IMG/VR virus record: IMGVR_UViG_3300030330_002507
Location: 1-32,656 of that record
Strand: one strand, 5' to 3'
Length of the DNA: 32,656 bases
From: a virus
Lineage: Duplodnaviria; Caudoviricetes
Below the pieces are notes generated by a model. It ran no database searches. It was given only the letters and a program-made list of their open reading frames with translations, and was not told the DNA's origin. Below are positions 18,820-26,953 of the stretch, piece by piece. Positions within the stretch are counted from its first letter, which is position 1, and every line of letters starts with the position of its first letter. Position numbers and translations under genes: made by a program.

Positions 18820-19359
18820 ATGGCTGTAATTAACAACTTTATGTCTTTAGCTACTTTTTTAACTGCAAATGAAGTTATCCAAAAAGTTTTTACTAATCAA
18901 AATACTGATCCAAGTTTAATTTCTACTGAAATTAGGCAAATAGCTGAAGTTGCTCATATTATAGAACCTTTAGGGAGAGATTTTTATATTCACTTAAAAG
19001 AAGCTTTTGATGGTTCTACTCAAACACCCGATGAAACTATTTTAATGGATAATTGGATACAACCTTGTTTAGCTCAATTTACAAAATTTGAAGTTATTTT
19101 AGAAATACAAAACCAATCTACAAGCTCAGGGATAGTAGGTAATATTCCAGAGTTTGCTTCTTTAGTATCTCCCTCCGATCTTAATGTATATAAACAAGAT
19201 GTATTTAGAAAGGGTAAAATTTTAAAGGAGCAAATGTTAGATTTTTTAAATGATAACTCTAACTCTTATCCTGAGTATCAGAGTGAAAGTGGATCAGGAA
19301 TTTTATGTAGTGAGAATAAATCAGGAACGGTTAAAACTCACGGAATGATAATATATTAA
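18820..19359 (+). CDS. Head-tail connector/adaptor (DUF6712-like)
   Basis: 179-aa helical protein right after the portal; I.PLG..FY..L, I.P.LA and FL..N...YPEY patterns. Confidence 0.55.
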   Translation: MAVINNFMSLATFLTANEVIQKVFTNQNTDPSLISTEIRQIAEVAHIIEPLGRDFYIHLKEAFDGSTQTPDETILMDNWIQPCLAQFTKFEVILEIQNQSTSSGIVGNIPEFASLVSPSDLNVYKQDVFRKGKILKEQMLDFLNDNSNSYPEYQSESGSGILCSENKSGTVKTHGMIIY

Positions 19360-19363
19360 AATA

Positions 19364-19927
19364 ATGCCTTTACCAACACCAAAAACAAACGAAAAAAAAA
19401 GTGACTTCATAGGTAGATGTATGGAGGATTTAACTACTAAAGGAGAGTTCCCTAATGTAGCTCAAAGGATTGCAGTTTGTAATTCTATTTGGGATAAAGA
19501 AACTAAAAACGAAGTATCTAACAAATCAAGAAAAAACAAAGATTGTCCTGATGGTTGGGAGCACCAAATGCCAGACGGGAGCTGGATGTGTGGTAAAACT
19601 CACAAAGAGAAAGAACCTTATAACGAAACCTATAATGATTATCCTCAAGCAGCTACAAATAATGCTAAACGGGCGTTAAAGTGGGTAGATGAAAATGGTT
19701 GGGGAAGTTGTGGAACTCCGGTTGGGAAAAAACGTGCAAACCAAATCGCTAACCGAGAGAGTTTAAGTAGAGATACGATAGCTCGGGTTGCTTCTTTTAA
19801 AAGACACCAAAAAGATAAAGACGTTCCTTATTCTGAGGGCTGTGGGGGATTAATGTGGGATTGTTGGGGAGGAACTTCTATGATTAATTGGGCTATAAAA
19901 AAATTAGAACAAATTGATAATAAATAA
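19364..19927 (+). CDS. Multi-module Cys/His-rich phage protein
   Basis: Modules PTPK..E..DFIGRCM...QRIAVC...W, CPDGWEHQMPDGSWMCGKTH and DYP...NAKRAL...CGTPVG..RA.Q...WGG. Confidence 0.65.
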   Translation: MPLPTPKTNEKKSDFIGRCMEDLTTKGEFPNVAQRIAVCNSIWDKETKNEVSNKSRKNKDCPDGWEHQMPDGSWMCGKTHKEKEPYNETYNDYPQAATNNAKRALKWVDENGWGSCGTPVGKKRANQIANRESLSRDTIARVASFKRHQKDKDVPYSEGCGGLMWDCWGGTSMINWAIKKLEQIDNK

Positions 19928-19950
19928 AAAACAACTAAAAAACTAAAAAT

Positions 19951-20775
19951 ATGAGTAATTTACACAAAAATTTAAACAATGCTGAGTTGCATGATCCTAA
20001 GGATTTTAGCACGGCTTCAAATAATACCTATTTAACTAAAGACGGATCAGGGAATTTAGTTTGGGCTGCCGATTCCGGAGCTGGAGTTTCAAGTATTATA
20101 GCTGGAACTAATGTAACGATCTCTCCAGCCGGTGGAACAGGAGCAGTTACTATTAATGCTTCAGGAGGAGGTGGAGCTGTTTCAAGTTTAACTACTACCG
20201 GAACCTCTGGGGCTTCTACTTTAGCTGGAGGAGTTTTAAATATTCCTGTTTATGCAAATACTAATACCTTTCAAATAAATTATGAAGCTTATGGAAGTAT
20301 AGCTACAGGAACTGAGTGGGGGATATCTAATGCTCAATTTAACTCAGAACACAAATTTACTATAAATCTTGGCTCTCCTCTTATTACAACAGTAACTCCT
20401 AAAAATCATGTTTCAGCTTCTGTTTTTTGTAATACTACTTCAGGAACTCAGCTTAGAAGTTGGGCTGGTTGGATTTGGGGAGGAGCTGGAGCTACCGTTA
20501 CTCTTTCTTTATTAAGAGCTAAACTTGCTTGTCCAATTGAGGGAGAGTATCCGTCTACTATTCCTGTTTGCAGAACAGCTACTACTACTATAGCTTTAAC
20601 AGGTAATAGTAGCCCTAAATGTTGGAATTTAAGTGGAGATGAGATAACTCTTTGTGAGGGTTGGAGTGCTTCAATGGAAGCAAATGAAATGATATTAGCA
20701 ACAGCTTATCTCTCTGAGGGAGAGGAGGGAAGTTTTGTAATGAATAATAATTTGCAGTTTACGTCTGGAATATAA
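19951..20775 (+). CDS. Putative tail fibre/virion appendage
   Basis: N-terminal HKNL...LHDPK, Gly/Thr-rich VSSIIAGTNVTISP..GTGAVTIN repeats and a beta-rich C-terminal domain. Confidence 0.6.
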   Translation: MSNLHKNLNNAELHDPKDFSTASNNTYLTKDGSGNLVWAADSGAGVSSIIAGTNVTISPAGGTGAVTINASGGGGAVSSLTTTGTSGASTLAGGVLNIPVYANTNTFQINYEAYGSIATGTEWGISNAQFNSEHKFTINLGSPLITTVTPKNHVSASVFCNTTSGTQLRSWAGWIWGGAGATVTLSLLRAKLACPIEGEYPSTIPVCRTATTTIALTGNSSPKCWNLSGDEITLCEGWSASMEANEMILATAYLSEGEEGSFVMNNNLQFTSGI

Positions 20776-20778
20776 AAA

Positions 20779-20973
20779 ATGAATTTAAAAATGATTAATG
20801 AGATAATTGGAAAATTTTGCCCTACTACTATAATATTAAATGTAGGAGCTATAGGAGTTAGTTTGACGGATTTGGAGATAGGATTAAAACTATTATCTTA
20901 TTCAGTAGCTATTATATGGACAACTTTAAAAATAGCTAAAGAGATTAAAACTTGGAACGAAAAAAATGGCTAA
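20779..20973 (+). CDS. Putative holin
   Basis: 64 aa, hydrophobic segments, charged C-terminus, upstream of the endolysin. Confidence 0.55.
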   Translation: MNLKMINEIIGKFCPTTIILNVGAIGVSLTDLEIGLKLLSYSVAIIWTTLKIAKEIKTWNEKNG

Positions 20974-21100
20974 GAGATCAACTTTTATATTTAGAGCAAA
21001 CCCTCAAAAAAAGAGAAAGGGAGTTCATGCTAAAAGTAAAACCTCTAAAAATAAAAATAGTAAAAACTATAAGAAACCTTATAACCAACAAGGGAGATAA
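20966..21100 (+). CDS. 44-aa highly basic peptide (not in the ORF track)
   Basis: MAKRSTFIFRANPQKKRKGVHAKSKTSKNKNSKNYKKPYNQQGR; overlaps the holin stop and ends 1 nt before the endolysin ATG. Confidence 0.7.
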   Translation: MAKRSTFIFRANPQKKRKGVHAKSKTSKNKNSKNYKKPYNQQGR

Positions 21101-21101
21101 A

Positions 21102-21608
21102 ATGGCAAAGTATAAATATTTAGTTATTCACTGTTCAGCTACAAAAGAGGGAGTTAATATTAAGCCAGAGCAGATAGTAGATTGGCATACAGGAAAAAAT
21201 GGTAGAGGTTGGAGTAGAGTAGGTTATTCAGATGTAATTACTTTAGACGGCTCTTTACATAATTTACACTATGATAAAAGCTCAAATCCTTATGATGATT
21301 ATATTGAATATAATGAAATGACTTGGGGAGTCAAAGGGATTAATAAATATTCTAAACATGTATGTTATATTGGTGGTTTAGATAGTAATGGCGATCCTAA
21401 AAATACGATGACTAACGAGCAAAATTATACTTTAGAAATTTATTTAAAACATGAGCTATTAAGACAACCAGATTTATTAATAGCTGGTCACAATCAATTC
21501 TCTAATAAAGCTTGTCCAAGTTTTTTCGTTCCTAACTACTGCAAAAATATAGGAATAGATAGTAAAAATGTTTACTTAGATAACCCAAATAATTACAATG
21601 GATTTTAA
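21102..21608 (+). CDS. Endolysin, N-acetylmuramoyl-L-alanine amidase (T7 lysozyme/Amidase_2 type)
   Basis: VIHCSAT, GW..VGY, GH and KACP supply the Zn ligands and catalytic residues. The start is most likely ATG 21102, not TTG 20952. Confidence 0.9.
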   Translation: MAKYKYLVIHCSATKEGVNIKPEQIVDWHTGKNGRGWSRVGYSDVITLDGSLHNLHYDKSSNPYDDYIEYNEMTWGVKGINKYSKHVCYIGGLDSNGDPKNTMTNEQNYTLEIYLKHELLRQPDLLIAGHNQFSNKACPSFFVPNYCKNIGIDSKNVYLDNPNNYNGF

Positions 21609-21804
21609 TAAATTTTTAAAATCAAAGAGATTTGCTATAACTATATATGTTTTAGTAGCTTGGTTAGTGTTTGGAATATTAGGGATAATATATGGAGCTA
21701 ATATGAGTGAATTTGCTGCCTATTTTGCTGCCCTATCTCCTTTTATAATTGGTTATATATATGGAGAAACTAAAAGAAGTTCTAACTCTAAAAATAATGT
21801 ATAA
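21598..21804 (+). CDS. Two-TM membrane protein, holin-like
   Basis: 68 aa with two hydrophobic helices, inside the lysis cassette. Confidence 0.6.
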   Translation: MDFNKFLKSKRFAITIYVLVAWLVFGILGIIYGANMSEFAAYFAALSPFIIGYIYGETKRSSNSKNNV

Positions 21805-22273
21805 GCTATTTATTATAATTACTATATTTATTCTAAGTTCTTGTTGCACAACTCGTATTTGTGAGGTAGAAAGAGCTGAAAAAAAAATAGCTAAATTAAC
21901 TAATAAATATCCAGAGCTTTTAAATCAAGATACTATAATTTTAAAAGATACTGTTACGATCTCAGATATAATAGCTGATACTACTTTTATAGATCATAGC
22001 TCAAGCCCAGATACTATAGTAATTACTAAGGATAAATTAACTATAAGATATATTAAAAAAGATAGCTTAATTTATTTAGAGGGAAACTGCGAGGGAGATA
22101 CTATATTTATTACTAATGAAATCCCTGTAGAGAAAGTAGTAGTTAGAGAGCTAACTTGGAGAGAGAAAGCTAAAGAATATACTTACTTTTTATTTGCAGT
22201 AGCTTTATTATTATTAGTTATTAGAATTTTCTTTAAGGACTTCTTTAAAATTTTTAGAATATTTAAGCTATAA
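21797..22273 (+). CDS. Lipoprotein with C-terminal TM, unimolecular spanin-like
   Basis: Signal MYKLFIIITIFILSS-C (lipobox), beta-rich periplasmic part, C-terminal TM YFLFAVALLLLVIRIFF. Confidence 0.7.
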   Translation: MYKLFIIITIFILSSCCTTRICEVERAEKKIAKLTNKYPELLNQDTIILKDTVTISDIIADTTFIDHSSSPDTIVITKDKLTIRYIKKDSLIYLEGNCEGDTIFITNEIPVEKVVVRELTWREKAKEYTYFLFAVALLLLVIRIFFKDFFKIFRIFKL

Positions 22274-22275
22274 TA

Positions 22276-23514
22276 ATGAAAAAAAAACATGAGCAATTTC
22301 GCCCTCACTGGAAGCCAGAGCTTAGGGATTTAATTACTCAGTTTAGAACCCTCCCTATAGAAATTCAAAAGCAATTACTTGTAAAATCTTTAGATCAAGC
22401 TAAAAAAGGTTTAGAAATAAACATAGAAACTAAAGATAACACTAAAACCCTAACCTCCCCTAAATCTCATAGGATTAAAACCTTAGACGATCTTATTAAA
22501 GTTTGCAAAATAGATACTAATATTTGGGAAGTAGATAGGTATATAGTTAATAAATGGGAAGTAGGTAGCCAAATAGACGGAGCTATTATAGTAGAACCTT
22601 TATTCCAAGTTAAAGCTTGGTTAAAGAAAAATAAAGAAGTATATAGATTAGAAACTTTACGATCTCAAATTTTAGAGGAGGTTAAATCTTATGCTCCTAA
22701 ATATAAGAAAATAGATTATCCTATTATAGATAAAGGACAGCTTTTAGAAATTAATATTTTTGATCTCCATTTTGGTAAACTATGTTGGGGTAAAGAAACG
22801 GGAGATAACTATGATACTAAAATAGCTCGTAAAAGGTTCTTAGAAGCCATTAAATCAATTATCTCCAGAGTTAAGGGTTATTCTATTAAAAAGATAGTTT
22901 TTCCAATAGGGAACGATTTTTTTAATTCAGATAATAAAGCTAATACAACTTCAAATAATACCCCTCAAGATGAGGATTTAAGGTGGCAAAAAACTTATAA
23001 GAGAGGGAGAGAGCTTTTAATAGAGGGAATAGATTTACTGCAAACTATAGCTCCTGTAGATGTAGTAGTAGTTCAGGGTAATCATGACTTTGAGAGAAGT
23101 TTTTATGTTGGAGATGCTATGGAGTGTTGGTATAATAATAATCCTAATGTATTAGTAAACAATGAAGCTAACCCTCGTAAACATTATAAGTTTGGCAAGT
23201 GTTTAATATCTTATACTCATGGTAATAACGAGAAAATAAATGATTTACCTCTATTAGTAGCTTCAGAAGTTCCTAAGCTTTGGGCTGAAACTAAATATAG
23301 AGAGGTTCATATAGGACACCTCCACCATAAAAAAGAAATTAAGTTTATGGCTACTCAAGAACATAAAGGAATAGTTATAAGATTTATGAGATCGTTATCG
23401 GGAACAGATGCTTGGCACAATTTAAAAGGTTATACCGGAGGAGTTCAGGCGTGTGAAGCTTTCATTTGGGACGAAAATGAGGGCTTAATTTGTCAATTTT
23501 CGCACAATTTATAA
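22276..23514 (+). CDS. Calcineurin-like metallophosphoesterase
   Basis: DLHFG, GND, GNHD, HG and GHLH motifs in canonical order. Confidence 0.85.
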   Translation: MKKKHEQFRPHWKPELRDLITQFRTLPIEIQKQLLVKSLDQAKKGLEINIETKDNTKTLTSPKSHRIKTLDDLIKVCKIDTNIWEVDRYIVNKWEVGSQIDGAIIVEPLFQVKAWLKKNKEVYRLETLRSQILEEVKSYAPKYKKIDYPIIDKGQLLEINIFDLHFGKLCWGKETGDNYDTKIARKRFLEAIKSIISRVKGYSIKKIVFPIGNDFFNSDNKANTTSNNTPQDEDLRWQKTYKRGRELLIEGIDLLQTIAPVDVVVVQGNHDFERSFYVGDAMECWYNNNPNVLVNNEANPRKHYKFGKCLISYTHGNNEKINDLPLLVASEVPKLWAETKYREVHIGHLHHKKEIKFMATQEHKGIVIRFMRSLSGTDAWHNLKGYTGGVQACEAFIWDENEGLICQFSHNL

Positions 23515-23555
23515 AAAATTTCAACTTTTTTTTTGACTTTTTTACCCATGTAAAT

Positions 23556-23646
23556 AAAAAAAACTTTAATTTTCTTTGATTTTTCTTTTGCAGTATAAAA
23601 AAAAGTTTTATCTTTGCTGTAGAAATTAACCAAAAAACTAAAAATT
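23556..23646 (+). promoter_or_regulatory. Early promoter with A-tract boxes and ACCAAAAAACTA leader
   Basis: -33 TTTG 23587-23590, TATAAAAAAAAGTTTTAT box, -7 TATCTTTG 23609-23616. Confidence 0.8.
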
Positions 23647-24009
23647 ATGTCAGTATTACTTAAAACTAAAAATGAAATCAACACGATGATGAATGAGTTA
23701 GCAACTAATGAAACAGAACAGAGAGCTATATGGTATGGTTATATAGCTAATGTTACTGCTTTTAATGTTCAATACCAAGAAAATATCCAAATCGATTTCC
23801 AAGACGAAACAGAAGCTCAGTTTGAAAATCAAAATGATAAAGATGAGTTTTTAGCTGGATCAATCTCAAGCTTATTATATAATGTTTATACAAATGCTGG
23901 AAATTGTTTCTTAGCTGATAAGTGGGTAAAAGAGTTAGAAAATTTAAAAACTAAAACTAAAGAGGTAACAGATTACGGACAGCTTAAAGCTCAAGTAGGA
24001 AGCTACTAA
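23647..24009 (+). CDS. Hypothetical early protein (likely monocistronic)
   Basis: 120 aa between a consensus promoter and a terminator. Confidence 0.75.
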   Translation: MSVLLKTKNEINTMMNELATNETEQRAIWYGYIANVTAFNVQYQENIQIDFQDETEAQFENQNDKDEFLAGSISSLLYNVYTNAGNCFLADKWVKELENLKTKTKEVTDYGQLKAQVGSY

Positions 24010-24015
24010 ATTAAT

Positions 24016-24042
24016 GGGGAGTGTAAAAAGCTCCCCTTTTTT
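24016..24042 (+). terminator. Rho-independent terminator
   Basis: GGGGAG...CTCCCC stem then TTTTTT. Confidence 0.85.
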
Positions 24043-24064
24043 ATTAACCTTAAAAATTAAAATT

Positions 24065-24274
24065 ATGCCAAATATGAGTTATTGTAAATTTGAGAACACA
24101 AGTAAAGATTTAGCTTTATGCCTTAAAGCTATTTGGATAGGAGATTTTCAAAACCTATCTGAGTATGAAATAAGAGGGCTTCAAGATTTACTTAAATTCT
24201 CTAAAGAGATTGTAGAATGTGAGGACGATATTAACTATGCAATCCAATTAGCTAATGATGAAACCGTTAGATAA
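24065..24274 (+). CDS. Hypothetical phage protein (MSYCKFENT type)
   Basis: Start moved to ATG 24065, downstream of the terminator and an A-rich leader. Confidence 0.7.
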   Translation: MPNMSYCKFENTSKDLALCLKAIWIGDFQNLSEYEIRGLQDLLKFSKEIVECEDDINYAIQLANDETVR

Positions 24275-24923
24275 TTATCTTTTAGATCAGTTATGGAAGC
24301 TTAAAAGCTTTAGTTACTTAACTCAAGTTCAAAAGCAATATCCTGATCTCACTATTTATATTTTTGGAGGAGCTATTAGAGATATATATAATAGCTACTT
24401 CAATAATATAACTTCAATAAATGATATAGATGTTTTTATAGATCAAAGGAAAATGCCTGCTCTAAAGATTGAAAAATTAAAACCTCAAATAGAATTAAAT
24501 GAGTTAGATTTTTTTTCAAGTAATGATTATTTTAAGGGCTTAAATTCAGATAATATTTTAGATTATTGTAATGGATCAGATTATACTATTAACTCAGCTT
24601 ATTTTAATTTAAAAACAGGAGAGCTTAAATATGCAGATAAATTTTTATCTCATATTAAAAGTAAAACTCTTTCCTTAATGTTAAAAGGGATAAGCTGTTT
24701 AAATAATACTGATGGCAATTATAGGTTATTAGTAACCTATTATAAACTTAAAGATAAATTAGGTTTTAAGGGCGATCCTAAAACTATAGAAGTATTTAAA
24801 AAAAATAATAAAAGATACGGACACCAGCTTAAAAATATTGTTCACTATTGCAAAGTAAAAAATTATGATCCTATTATAGCTGAAACCGTTATTAATAAAA
24901 TACTAATAAATAAAATTAATTAA
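24255..24923 (+). CDS. Nucleotidyltransferase, CCA-adding enzyme/poly(A) polymerase head-like
   Basis: YIFGGAIRD...DIDV (motif A) and DYTINS (cf. RRDFTINA). Confidence 0.7.
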   Translation: MMKPLDNYLLDQLWKLKSFSYLTQVQKQYPDLTIYIFGGAIRDIYNSYFNNITSINDIDVFIDQRKMPALKIEKLKPQIELNELDFFSSNDYFKGLNSDNILDYCNGSDYTINSAYFNLKTGELKYADKFLSHIKSKTLSLMLKGISCLNNTDGNYRLLVTYYKLKDKLGFKGDPKTIEVFKKNNKRYGHQLKNIVHYCKVKNYDPIIAETVINKILINKIN

Positions 24924-24934
24924 ATCCAAAAACT

Positions 24935-25057
24935 ATGACAAAAGAAAGATTTTTATATTACCAAAAAGAAATAGAAAGATTAAGAAAATTAGATAAGCTT
25001 ATAACTGATAAAGTTAGGGCTTCTTATACGATCTCAAAAAAGAAAAAAAATGCTTAA
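24935..25057 (+). CDS. 40-aa basic hypothetical protein (not in the ORF track)
   Basis: CCAAAAACT-ATG leader; MTKERFLYYQKEIERLRKLDKLITDKVRASYTISKKKKNA; overlaps the next start. Confidence 0.55.
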   Translation: MTKERFLYYQKEIERLRKLDKLITDKVRASYTISKKKKNA

Positions 25058-25421
25058 CGGATTTGAAAGAGAAACTCACGAGCTAACCTCAGAGGAGTTA
25101 GATAAAGTAGCTACTATAATGAAAGGTTTATCAAACAAGATCGGTAAAGATAATGCAGTTACAAGCTCTAAGATTTGCGAAGCTATGAATTTAACCGGTC
25201 CAAGATTAAGAAAAATTATTAATCATATTAGGATATATAATTTAGTTCCTGCTCTTTGTGGAAGCTCTAAGGGATATTATGTAGCTAAAGATAAAGATGA
25301 GTTAGATCAGTATTTAATAAGTTTAAAGCAAAGGATTTCAGCTCAGATTAAAGTTTTGCATAGCTTAGAAAAACAAGATATGATCTTTGGGGGTACGGGA
25401 CAAACTACTATATTTGATTAA
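25050..25421 (+). CDS. Winged-HTH DNA-binding protein
   Basis: TSSKICEAMNLTGPRLRKIINHIR followed by a wing-like CGSSKGYY. Confidence 0.65.
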   Translation: MLNGFERETHELTSEELDKVATIMKGLSNKIGKDNAVTSSKICEAMNLTGPRLRKIINHIRIYNLVPALCGSSKGYYVAKDKDELDQYLISLKQRISAQIKVLHSLEKQDMIFGGTGQTTIFD

Positions 25422-25435
25422 AAATTATTTTCATA

Positions 25436-25480
25436 TTATAAAAAAATAGTTATATTTGCATAACCAAAAAAATTAATAAA
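25436..25480 (+). promoter_or_regulatory. Early promoter and leader
   Basis: TTATAAAAAAATAGT then TATATTTG 25451-25458, then an ACCAAAAAAA leader. Confidence 0.7.
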
Positions 25481-25993
25481 ATGTCAAAGAAACCAAGCTT
25501 AACAAATAGAGAAAGATTAAAGCAACTTTATATACACTATAATTTAAATAGAGAGGATATTTTTACTCATGATAAATTTGGATATGTAATGTTAACAAGA
25601 ACAGGGGTAGAAAAAATAATGGCTCATGATAATATTCAAGTCAGCTATCAAAAAGAATATTGCACAAATGAGGGAGCTTGCTATATGGCTACTGCAATAA
25701 GAGGAGATGTTAAAATAGAAACTTTAGGATCAGCTCATAAAGGGAACTGCAAAATTGCTTATTATCCGGAGATGGCTGAGAAACGAGCTAAAGCCAGAGC
25801 TGTTTTAATGTTAGCTGGATTTTATGAGATCGGTTGTTATAGTGAAGTTGAAGCTGATGAGTTTCATAGAAATAAATCTAATACAAAACCTCAAGAAAGT
25901 GGATTAGCTGAGGAAGTAGCGAAGCTAAATAGTGGGACAGGTTTAGCCGATACTATGAGAGAATATGCAGAACAGGGAATTGGAGGGCAATAA
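25481..25993 (+). CDS. Putative single-strand annealing protein/recombinase
   Basis: TRTGVEKI and EMAEKRAKARAVL...YSEVEADEF resemble Rad52/Sak/Redbeta-like annealase cores; located in the replication module. Confidence 0.5.
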   Translation: MSKKPSLTNRERLKQLYIHYNLNREDIFTHDKFGYVMLTRTGVEKIMAHDNIQVSYQKEYCTNEGACYMATAIRGDVKIETLGSAHKGNCKIAYYPEMAEKRAKARAVLMLAGFYEIGCYSEVEADEFHRNKSNTKPQESGLAEEVAKLNSGTGLADTMREYAEQGIGGQ

Positions 25994-26357
25994 ATATAGC
26001 TTATATATAAATGCTGAATATTTAATAACAGTTAGAGATATGTATTTAGAGCAGAAATATGGGGAGCTATTACACTTTGATTTAAAAGATTTAGCTGAAG
26101 TAATCTTAGGTAAAGATTGGAAAGAAAGTGAAGCTCCTATAGTTGCTAATTTTAGAAAGAGAATGTTTTGGAGGGGTTTAAATATAGATAATGATATAAA
26201 AGAGCCGATCTTATTTGGTAAGATCATAGCTGATAAAAACCCAATGAGATATCCTGAGTTAGTTTTATTTAGTGAACTTGCTTTAGATAAATCAATTATA
26301 GAAGTAGATAAATTAATTAAATCAAATAAAGTTAAATTAAAAACAATTAAAAAATGA
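25965..26357 (+). CDS. Hypothetical protein
   Basis: 130-aa ORF coupled to its neighbours. Confidence 0.6.
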   Translation: MQNRELEGNKYSLYINAEYLITVRDMYLEQKYGELLHFDLKDLAEVILGKDWKESEAPIVANFRKRMFWRGLNIDNDIKEPILFGKIIADKNPMRYPELVLFSELALDKSIIEVDKLIKSNKVKLKTIKK

Positions 26358-26686
26358 TAGGACAAATTTTATTATGGATAGTAGTTATAGTAGCTTTAAT
26401 ATTTACTCACTTAGTTTCTTTCTTTGCTGGAATGTATAAGGGATTTAGTGACTTTGCTAAAGATAAAGCTGAATGGAGTGAGTTGGATAAAAAACTCTAT
26501 AAACAATATACAGCAAAAAACTTAGATAAAGTAAATCCTTTAGCTGAGGTTATTGCAGAACAAAAGATAGCTGAGTTAAATGAAAGAACTAAAAAGGAGA
26601 GAGTTAAAAAACAAAGAAGCAGGATTTATAAAAAAGTTTCTAAAGAATTAAAAAAAGAAAAATCTAATGCAAAACGAAAAAAATAA
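26354..26686 (+). CDS. Hypothetical membrane-anchored protein
   Basis: N-terminal TM and a basic helical C-terminus; ATGA overlap. Confidence 0.65.
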   Translation: MIGQILLWIVVIVALIFTHLVSFFAGMYKGFSDFAKDKAEWSELDKKLYKQYTAKNLDKVNPLAEVIAEQKIAELNERTKKERVKKQRSRIYKKVSKELKKEKSNAKRKK

Positions 26687-26948
26687 TGATACTGATTGGA
26701 TTGATGATTTCTTTGATAATCTTGATGATCCAAAAGTAGATAGTTGCACGTTGATAGGTTATTTAGATACCTTAATATTAAACTCAGTTTTTAATGAAAC
26801 TACTAAGAGTGAACTATATAAGGAGTTAGATAATTTAAGAGAGAGTAAAGTTAATGATTTTATATATAAATTAAAAAGTAACCAGAATATACGCGATCCT
26901 AAGGAGCAATATGAGCAAATGGTAAGGAGAGGGGTATTCACAAAATAA
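26667..26948 (+). CDS. Hypothetical protein
   Basis: 93-aa coupled ORF. Confidence 0.65.
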   Translation: MQNEKNNDTDWIDDFFDNLDDPKVDSCTLIGYLDTLILNSVFNETTKSELYKELDNLRESKVNDFIYKLKSNQNIRDPKEQYEQMVRRGVFTK

Positions 26949-26953
26949 ATAAT

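Noticed and set aside
19470-19679. 69-aa + strand ORF nested in 19364-19927
   Set aside because: Alternative-frame ORF with a TTG start inside a motif-bearing gene.
20952-21101. N-terminal extension of the endolysin (possible SAR/signal region)
   Set aside because: It is better explained by the 44-aa basic gene in another frame; the amidase domain begins at ATG 21102.
21102-21608. Non-canonical GYSD and WGVKG segments suggesting an inactive amidase
   Set aside because: The Zn ligands (His, His, Cys) and the catalytic Tyr and Lys equivalents are all present.
24014-24064. 5' part of the 24014 ORF
   Set aside because: It overlaps a terminator hairpin; ATG 24065 has a proper leader.
668-26941. 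Minus-strand ORFs in the track (e.g. 668-1021, 1422-1706, 8729-9259, 10871-11233, 15182-15418, 25943-26365)
   Set aside because: They are antisense shadows of well-supported + strand genes, with Ser/Leu/Phe-rich composition and no leaders or promoters.
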